Source: Octopus sinensis (Eukaryota). From it: a DNA stretch of 64,000 bases. The DNA lies in contig NC_043008.1 of the NCBI RefSeq assembly GCF_006345805.1, forward strand, positions 16,368,001 to 16,432,000. The letters are read 5' to 3'. Below the pieces are notes generated by a model. That model saw only the letters and a list, made by a program, of their open reading frames with translations, did not search any database and was not told the DNA's origin. The position numbers and the translations under genes were made by a program. This document shows, piece by piece, positions 55,639 through 64,000 of this stretch (the first letter of the stretch is position 1; every line of letters begins with the position of its first letter).

Positions 55639-56183
55639 TGTATGTGTGTATATGTATGTATGTGTTTGTGTTTTCTTCAGCTTTAAATTATTCGAAATAT
55701 GCAAAGATCCATCATTGGGATGTAGCTAAAAATAATAAATTCACATTTTGAACTTCGGAAAAGTTTTGCCTTTTGTGTGTTTGAATGTATGCATACATGC
55801 ATACCTGTATGTATGTATATATGCATGTATATATGTATGTGCATGTATATCGGTGTGTATGTATGTGTATACCTATGTGTATATATGTATGAATGTGTGT
55901 GCATGTATGTGCATGTATGTAAGTTTGTGTGTGTACGTTATTAATGCCAGAAGCAACATTAGTTCAAATCAGCAATCTATATATCACACCTAAAAGCAGA
56001 TATGCAGAGACAGCGTTGAAAGACTTCCATACTGCGACATACGTCTCACAATATAAATGGTTTTACACGAATAATATTTCGTCTGTTGCTAATGTATTTC
56101 AGGGTATATGGATGTGAAGGCTTTTAATAAAATAGCTACTCTTAGTGCGATATACAGATTACTTTCATATACATAGATACATG

Positions 56184-56259
<76 letters not shown>

Positions 56260-57779
56260 ATATGCAAGTGTGTGTTGCTCTCTACATTTCATGCGCACCT
56301 TGAAAGTAATGAAGAACCGAGATAACCGAGGAACGGCCATGAAGTTTATGTGACTGCGTAACTCCAAGCCAACGTTAATAAAAAAAGATATTGTTAATCT
56401 GGCAATGTCCAATTATTATCACTGTTTATGGATATATTTTGTAATTTACCATATTGATTCCAAAGATTGTATGACGCCACTTGTGCAAAACTTGTCTGCT
56501 ACCTCTAGCTTTTCATGTGAACGCTTCAGGAGTTTCTCCATGGCTCTTGTTCATTCGTTATCTAAATCCTAATTGTATTGCTTCTAATCCTTAGTATAAA
56601 TCACATAATCTAACTAACTCTTTCACAAATTCTCAGTGTTCTCTCTACTTCAAGACAGAATTAATCCCATAATGCAACACCCTATACCGAAGGACTACGT
56701 ATAGGGAATAAACATACCAAGCCTATTCTTCCCAGTATTTAAACTCAGATGAGCGGATTAACTACGCATGTTTAAACTAATACCAATTGCGCCTACCTAA
56801 CAAATGATCTTAAAATATACGCACAACCGAAGACTTGAGTCTGCCATTAAATCTGAAACCTCAGAGTCGAAATTGGTTACAAATACCCGTTTTTCCCCAT
56901 CAAAACTAGATAATGAACTTACAGTCAATAATGTATAACTTTACTTGAATCCATAAGTCTTTTAAACCTTAAACTAAGATTTATGGGAATATTAATTAAG
57001 TGCAAGGCAAAACAATTAAGCAGCAACCGGGTCAGTTTCAAGTATTCAGTTACATATTTCTAACATCTATGACCAGATCAGATCACAACCTTTGATAAAC
57101 TATCAGTCTAGGCCACCGACATTCTTTCTACAAAATTTTCTTTTACATTTCAGAAGTGCGTGTTTACAATATAAAATTACGGGGTTGTAACAGTGAGAAT
57201 TTTTATCACTTAATTCTGAAGTTCCTGTTACACAACGAGTATTCAAAAAACACGTGATATAGAAGAAAATTATATTTAGGTTCAAATCTCTTCAGGCATC
57301 GTGCTCAATTCCAATATTCAAGACTTCGTGCACCCAAAGGAGTATGCTCATAATATACTAATTGTGAAGCGCATAATGTTGGATCAATGAAGACACTGCC
57401 CCAAAAATGATGGCGGTTTCCAGCAGTTATTTATTTCCACCCAACTCATTCTTGATATACACATGTTGTTCGAGCTTGCGCTTTTACCAAACGTGTGTTA
57501 GCAACACATATTTTTCTGTATACCGAACGGGATAAAGTGATATTTGAATACTATTCATAGCAGGTCAACCCACTCTTATTCCCTCCCTACATTCTGTCAC
57601 CCTCCATTTTACTTGAAATGATGTCTTGGTAGAAGCATATAATTTACGACTATAATGTGTAGCTTTCATATATCGCTCATTTTAACAGGTTTCATTTACT
57701 AATTGTTAATGATTTAAGTATTAAATAATTTCATCTTATATGGATAAGAAGGTACTCTTTATTTAAATTTATATTTTCA

Positions 57780-58472
57780 GGCGGCGATCTGGCACAATCA
57801 TTTGTGCATCGGAAAAACTGTTTATCAAAATTTCTTCCAGTTCTTTACGTTCTGAAATCATTTTAAGTAGAGGCCAACTTTGCCTTTCATCCTTTCGGTT
57901 TCTGTGAAATAAATACGAGTGGAGCAGTCACTGGTATTCATATTAATTTGCTGACCTTGTGCCAAAATTAGAAAGAATTTATTTAAGTATTCATGGCGTT
58001 TTATCCAGTCATGTATTTAAACAGTTAATTCATTATTTATTGAAGTATTAATTTAGTCTAATCAAGCGGGCAATATAAATCATTTATTGGTTTCAGTCAT
58101 TTGACTGCGTTGAAGGGTATAGTCGAACTATTACGCCCAATGTTTATTTCTATTAATTTTAGTAATTATTCAATCAGAGGTTTGCCGAAATGCTAAACTG
58201 CGGAGACATAAGACCAGCAGCGGATGTCAACCGCTTTCCAGGGTTGACCAAAAAAGACACTCATACACAAGAATACATACATAGATATAATGCATGCATA
58301 CATGCATACATGCATTCATACATATATACATGCACATATATGTAGTATTCTGTTTCGTGATGGTACGTTCAACAAAAATGTACATCATCTGGTGAGAGTT
58401 GAATATATTTAATAAACACAATACATGTTTTTATGTTTTACTATATACATACATATATATACATACATACAT

Positions 58473-58530
<58 letters not shown>

Positions 58531-58965
58531 ATATATGTTATGTGATACTATATATATATTTATGTGTTACTATATATATATTAAATATATATCATATATA
58601 TACATACACAAATATATATCCATACGCGCATACATGCATACAAACACACACATATATATATATATATATGCATATATACATACATATGTATATATGGACA
58701 GCGGGTAATATTTTATATGTTGTCATCTCTTAAACTTCCTTTGCATCTATTCAATCACATGTAATAAATTGATTTCAAATTTCGGCACAATGGTATCAAA
58801 TCCGTGGGTGGGGCTAAGTCGATTACATCGACCCCCCAATGCTCAACTTAGTAGTTATGTTATCGACCCAGAAAATTGAAAGGTTAAGGCGGAACAGGAA
58901 CTCAGAATGTAAAAGCGGTCAATATGGCGTCAGGCATTTTGCTGAGCGTGATAACATTTCTCCCT
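57780..58965. mobile_element. Diverged SINE B copies in opposite orientation (57780-57980 plus; 58790-58965 minus), with a SINE A remnant at 58080-58260
   Basis: TTTGCCTTTCATCCTTTCGG on the plus strand; GTCGATTACATCGACCCC...TTATCGACCC is the reverse-strand form. Confidence 0.6.
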
Positions 58966-59201
58966 TAACTAAATGTATTAATATTGACGTCAACCCACGA
59001 ACAATTACATAGTTTATATTACAAATAAGCTTACACTTATATGCGTGGTTGTCAAAATGTCTTCTGGTTTTCTGTCTATTACTTTGCAAATCAAAAGTTT
59101 TAAATCCTTAAGATTAATAATAATAATAATGATACTGGCAACAAACATGGATATCAAACTCATCGTATGTCTATATATATTATTTGTGTTTAAATACTTA
59201 C

Positions 59202-59351
59202 GTTCTTTTACACCACCTTCATGTCTTTTTTGTCGGTACCAAGTGACAGTTGGCTGAGGTATTCCTGTTACATTGCAAACTAAACTAACTGTTTCCCCTT
59301 CTCTTACGTTCGTATCTACGCTTGATAAGTGATCAATGATTTTCGGCGGCA
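59202..59351 (-). CDS. Lachesin/DIP/IgLON-like gene, internal exon: N-terminal half of an Ig domain
   Basis: Acceptor TTCTTCTACTTTCAG and donor C|GTAAGT; 150 nt, phase 1-1. Reads PPKIIDHLSSVDTNVREGETVSLVCNVTGIPQPTVTWYRQKRHEGGVKE, with the Ig B-strand Cys and C-strand Trp (C..G.P.P.V.W). Confidence 0.93.
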
Positions 59352-62300
59352 CTGAAAGTAGAAGAAAGAAAATTGAATAATGTTATTTTTTTCTGATTAT
59401 CTGAAGGTAGTTTGTAGTTACATTTATTAAACTGAAAACGAAGAAAATACAATTCATCAAGAAGTTTTGAAAAAGAATGATATTTGGTTGAAAATGTCAC
59501 TCAATTGTTGTATGGTTTTATTTCCATATCAAAGCTAGAATCCATGTATATGAAGGTGAATATCAATGACAAAAAGTGTATCTGTGTTTGTCTCAGAACA
59601 TGAATCTTAGAATAGAATTCAATATGAAATCGTTCGGGACTATTAAATACTGTCCTTTCTCACCAGCAGTTTCTTTACAGGACAAATGGAGTTGTAATTT
59701 CTGTTATCGAGTGAGCCTAGGCAGTAAAGTCCTTCCGTTTCCGTCCCCATATAAATGCTTCGGTTTCGTGTCTGGGGATAGTACTTTTTTCTTCAGATCT
59801 AAATCATCTTATTTGGCGTAGTTATGGCTGAGTGATTCGTGTCAGTTTCATGGATGTTGAATTCAGTGCCAATGTGTGTCCGCACAAAATCCATAATATT
59901 ATAGTGGATATAAAATTGAATTTATAAATTAAGATAAAGGATTTTCTCATGACAAAAAAATTCTGTACGGTAGATTTGGCAAAGACGTGTTTTGTAACTT
60001 ACGAGCAATGTGCATGCATTCCACTATTATAATGCACAAAAATAATGAATGAAATCTTAAAAAAGATAAAATAATGTGAAATTATTTACTTGGACGAATC
60101 TCTTATACATGAAAGAAATATATGAGTGTTTTCAACATTCATTATCATCATCATCTGTAATAAATTACCTAAATGAAAGCTGGAAGTATACAAAACAGTT
60201 CTTTTCCTTTTTTGAATGTTCGGGAAATTAAAGGTGAAAAAATTATTTATTTATCGGGCAGAAACATGGCCCAAATTTTAAAATTCTTTAGCAGGTGCAT
60301 ATGAACCTGAGCTCTTAAGCTCGAAGTAAGATTAAGTTTAACAGCTACAAACAAAAATAGATCTTCAGCCGGGATTCCACAGTGTGTTCTCTGCCAAATT
60401 TAAATCACAATACTTCGCTATGTTAGGACTTATGTTGAACGCAGAAACGTAGTGTTGAGTTCAGCTTCCATGCTGTAAGACTCGGCTATTATTGCCCCAT
60501 AAAATTAATTGTATGTGAAAAGAAACAGCGTTTCCATATGCGAATGTAGTATATTTATGTGGGAAAGTAAATAGAAAGTTTATACTCCCAAGGACTACCT
60601 GATAACAACAAAAATTTCCTGTAAAATGGCCGTTGGTGAGAATTGAAATTATACGCCCGATTGACACTCTGCCAACTCACTATTGATTTGTACTTTAGAT
60701 ACAAAATCCAAATTTATAGAGGCTCTATTGTTAGTTATATAGTTTTCTAAATGACTTTAGCGAGGCAAAGTATATAAATACCTTTCAGACAACAATCAAA
60801 ACACAAGAACAAAACTCAGTCCGAAGGGAAGTAACTTCCGACTTCATAATGCTGTCTAATACTTTTTTTGAAAAGTATTGTTTATCCTAATAGCTGCCGG
60901 CTAATGAATACAGAGTAGATTAAAGCAAGAAGGTTTATGCGGTTTATTTTATGGTAGGTCTCAAAGCAATTAACCTTTTTTGCGAGAGAATTACTTTCTA
61001 TCACATACTGTCTTCCTTATCTCACGCACATAGTTACACACTACTTTATTATACATTTTAAATGTGTGTGAATGTATGATTCATTCCCTGTATTTCTTCA
61101 CCAAAGGTACACAATTTAGCTCTATACTCCAACATATCTTAATTCATTTCAAAATACACACTATATATGAGTGCACTCACATACAAAACACTTTCCAAAG
61201 TACATATAGTAGTAAAAAAAATATAGCATAATTGTGACCCACTGAAACTTCATCATTACTTTCCACTAGTAAGAAAGAATGAAACGACATTTTTATCTCT
61301 TGGAAACTATTATTGATAAAATAAAATAACATCGACGATTGAAATAAATTGTTCGCGCAATGAATGAATATTTTATTTGTTTACCGCTTAGAAAGATTTA
61401 CCATGTAATTTCAAATGTCATGGTTCAGAAATAAGGAATTGAAATAGGTTTGAGAATTCCATTTCTATAAAGATTATATTTTTCAAAGCATTCTGTATTG
61501 TATTTTATTGTATTCCAAAGTATTCTGTAGTGTATTTATTTCTTATTTATATCAAAAGTTATTAAGACTATCTGTTGAGAGAATTATGCAATGCGATTTT
61601 TTAAAAATAGGTAAGGATATCAAATGAACTAACACCAAACTAAATCCATGTTCACTTCCCATACGCCTTCAATGTAATAAGGTACTTAATACGCATCTTT
61701 CTACCTATTGACGCCATTTATGTAAAATTTCAGTTCTAATTGATGATTTCATCGAGAGGCAATCTACGTCATCTATTACAGGTTTGGTAAAACTGACTTC
61801 AGTTTTATCCTTGAATTTAGCACAACGTCTTTAATAGAGAATGTGTATTTTATACTAAACTTCCAATAAGGTTTTCGTTGGTTCCAAACAGCCTTAAACC
61901 ATTCCTAAATCTAAGACGACTGAATGAGAATATTCTTAGATGTTCTACTTAGATGTTCATAGCATAATTGACAAATGACAACATAAAGAGCTAATGATAT
62001 CTTGAATATCATAAAATATAAATCACAAAACGTACAATGATGAACAGAAATCATGCTACTATTAAGATAAAATTCGGATAAAAATTACAGGAACTGTAAA
62101 TTCCATTTTGTATCGTATAACTTCCCTTTTACTTTCTGCTCATAAACATCCCGAAGCTCGCTATTAACTAGACAGGCGAATGAAATTCTACAGTTGTAAA
62201 ACATTAACGTACATTTGTTAGTAATTTTGTCTTATTTTTCCTTCTTTCTCTCCAAAATAATACTATAATTTGCTTCAAGCATTTATGAAGATAGAAGTTA

Positions 62301-62504
62301 TAGATTGCAACAAAGATAGAGTTTGACAATTAAAAAGGAAATATAAAAATACAAAATATTTAAGATACTAGGATGTCACTGGAGCCATATTAATACTAAT
62401 TAAGTATGCCTAAGTTAATATTTCAATACATCCCAATGCCTTAAAATTGATTCTTAATGCGCCAAATATATTGCTTTCAATATCCATGTTACCAAACATA
62501 CACT

Positions 62505-62517
62505 ATATCTATCTATA

Positions 62518-62598
<81 letters not shown>

Positions 62599-62709
62599 GT
62601 CTATCTATCTGTCTGTCTATCTCTCTGTCTATCTATCTATCTATCTATCTAACTACCAATCTGTATTTTATCTATCTATATCTTTCTCTCTGTTTCCATC
62701 TCGCTCTCG

Positions 62710-62745
<36 letters not shown>
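62505..62745. repeat. (CTAT)n and (TA)n microsatellites
   Basis: Directly visible. Confidence 0.95.
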
Positions 62746-62746
<1 letters not shown>

Positions 62747-63145
62747 TACATACACCTACGTATCCAAATGTCATTAGTCGTAGCATTTATTTACATTTAG
62801 AGTCAGTTGGAGTATATATTCATCCGGGGTAGACATTCCCATATACATTTCTGGAAGGTTTTACACAAACGGTTAACAATGGTATATAACAATATTAATT
62901 ATAGCTATTGGCTGAAAAACATCAAAAATAACTTTTATTTAGTTCTGTCCCTGCATTCAATAACTTCAAATGCAGATGGCTTTGAATTAGCATATTCATC
63001 TTTCCAGTTCGCAGCTGTAAAATCAAAATGCTTTAAATGCAATGCATTTAACCGGTCCACAAAATATATATGTCTTACAATCATATTTAATAATATTTAC
63101 CAGAACCACTCTTTTTTCGACTATGAATCTTATTTATTTTATTAA

Positions 63146-63900
63146 TTCTTTTACTTGTCTCAGTGGTTTGACTGCAGACCAACTGTAGCACCGCTTTTAG
63201 ACGAACAATTCGACGCCAAAACTTATTTTTGTAAGCGTAGTACTTATTCTATCGGACTCTTGTGCCGAACCGCTAAGTTACGGGGACGTAAATTACGGTT
63301 GTCAAGCGATGTTGAAGGAGCAAACACAGACACACAAATACATACATATTCATAGTTGAAATTTATCGAGAAACAAAAAACGAAGACAGATGTATGAACA
63401 ACAACCATGTGTATTAGTTTGACGCTAGAGAAAAATGAAAAGGTCTTTTACGTTTACAGCCTACGCTCTTTAACAGAAAGAAATAAGAGAAAATAAACGC
63501 AGAGAGAGTGAATAGAAAATTGTAGATTTCAACGGTCCAGCATAGCAAATTCACACACAGACACACACACACATACATATATACGATGGGCTTCTTTCAG
63601 CTTTCGTCTACTGCAGGCTTTGGTCGGCCCGAGACTATAGTGGAAGACACTTGCCCAAGGTGCTACGTAGTGGGGACTGAACCCGGAACCATGTGGTTGG
63701 GAAACAAGCTTCTTATCACACAGCCACTCTTGCGCTTACACAGCAGCTTATATTTATGTATTGAACACATGTTCCATATTTCCGAAAAAAAAATTACGAT
63801 GCTGGAGTACTGCCTTTAGACGAACAAATCGACACCTAAACTTATTTTTGTAAGCCTAGTACTTATTCTATCGGACTCGTTTGTCGAACCGCTAAGTTAC
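63146..63900 (-). mobile_element. SINE A (63146-63737) split by a Penelope-like fragment (63352-63550), plus a second SINE A tail (63795-63900)
   Basis: Family A tail, then an insert related to 37101-37210 and 33940-34055 (AAGACAG...GTATTAGTTTGACGCT), then the family A head. Confidence 0.7.
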
Positions 63901-64000
63901 GATGTAATCGATTTTCCCACTCACCTACAATGGCCGTCCATGTGCCAGCCATTTGAATCGAATATTTACCTTCATATCACCTTTTGTTCGTTTCCCTTCC

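Noticed and set aside
59014-59201. ORF-track extension of the Ig exon (…KERKYLNTNN…) and the 'start codons' at 59352 and 34508
   Set aside because: Read-through past the GTAAGT donor. 59352 is the last base of the splice acceptor and 34508 is an internal Met codon.
59352-64000. Search for the signal-peptide and first Ig exon of the gene
   Set aside because: No convincing Ig-like frame with splice sites found by eye; probably outside the window, though a small exon could be missed.

Overview
AT-rich, microsatellite-dense eukaryotic DNA; the SINE repertoire points to an octopus/coleoid cephalopod genome (inference). The only host gene I can support is the 3' part of a minus-strand lachesin/DIP/IgLON-like cell-adhesion gene. 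I assembled it by hand from five GT-AG exons with phase-1 junctions (59202-59351, 48632-48760, 34253-34540, 32947-33129, 30627-30742). They encode two Ig domains, a basic/Pro-rich stalk and a GPI-signal-like tail. Three of these exons are absent from the ORF track, and the signal peptide/first Ig exons appear to lie beyond 64000. The rest is repeat DNA: tRNA-derived SINE families that swap heads, central domains and tails (several with target-site duplications), decayed Tc1/mariner elements, RTE, CR1/Jockey and HERO/NeSL-like LINE fragments, and a ~1.6 kb tandem duplication. The most unusual signal is a set of microsatellite-embedded elements with hammerhead-like CTGAnGA...GAAACG cores, plus fold-back palindromes (a perfect 258 bp one, present twice, and a ~205 bp one) built around the same TACGATCGT motif. 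I interpret these as Penelope-like terminal-repeat derivatives. Most ORFs in the track are microsatellite or SINE artefacts. Repeat boundaries are approximate unless a TSD is given.
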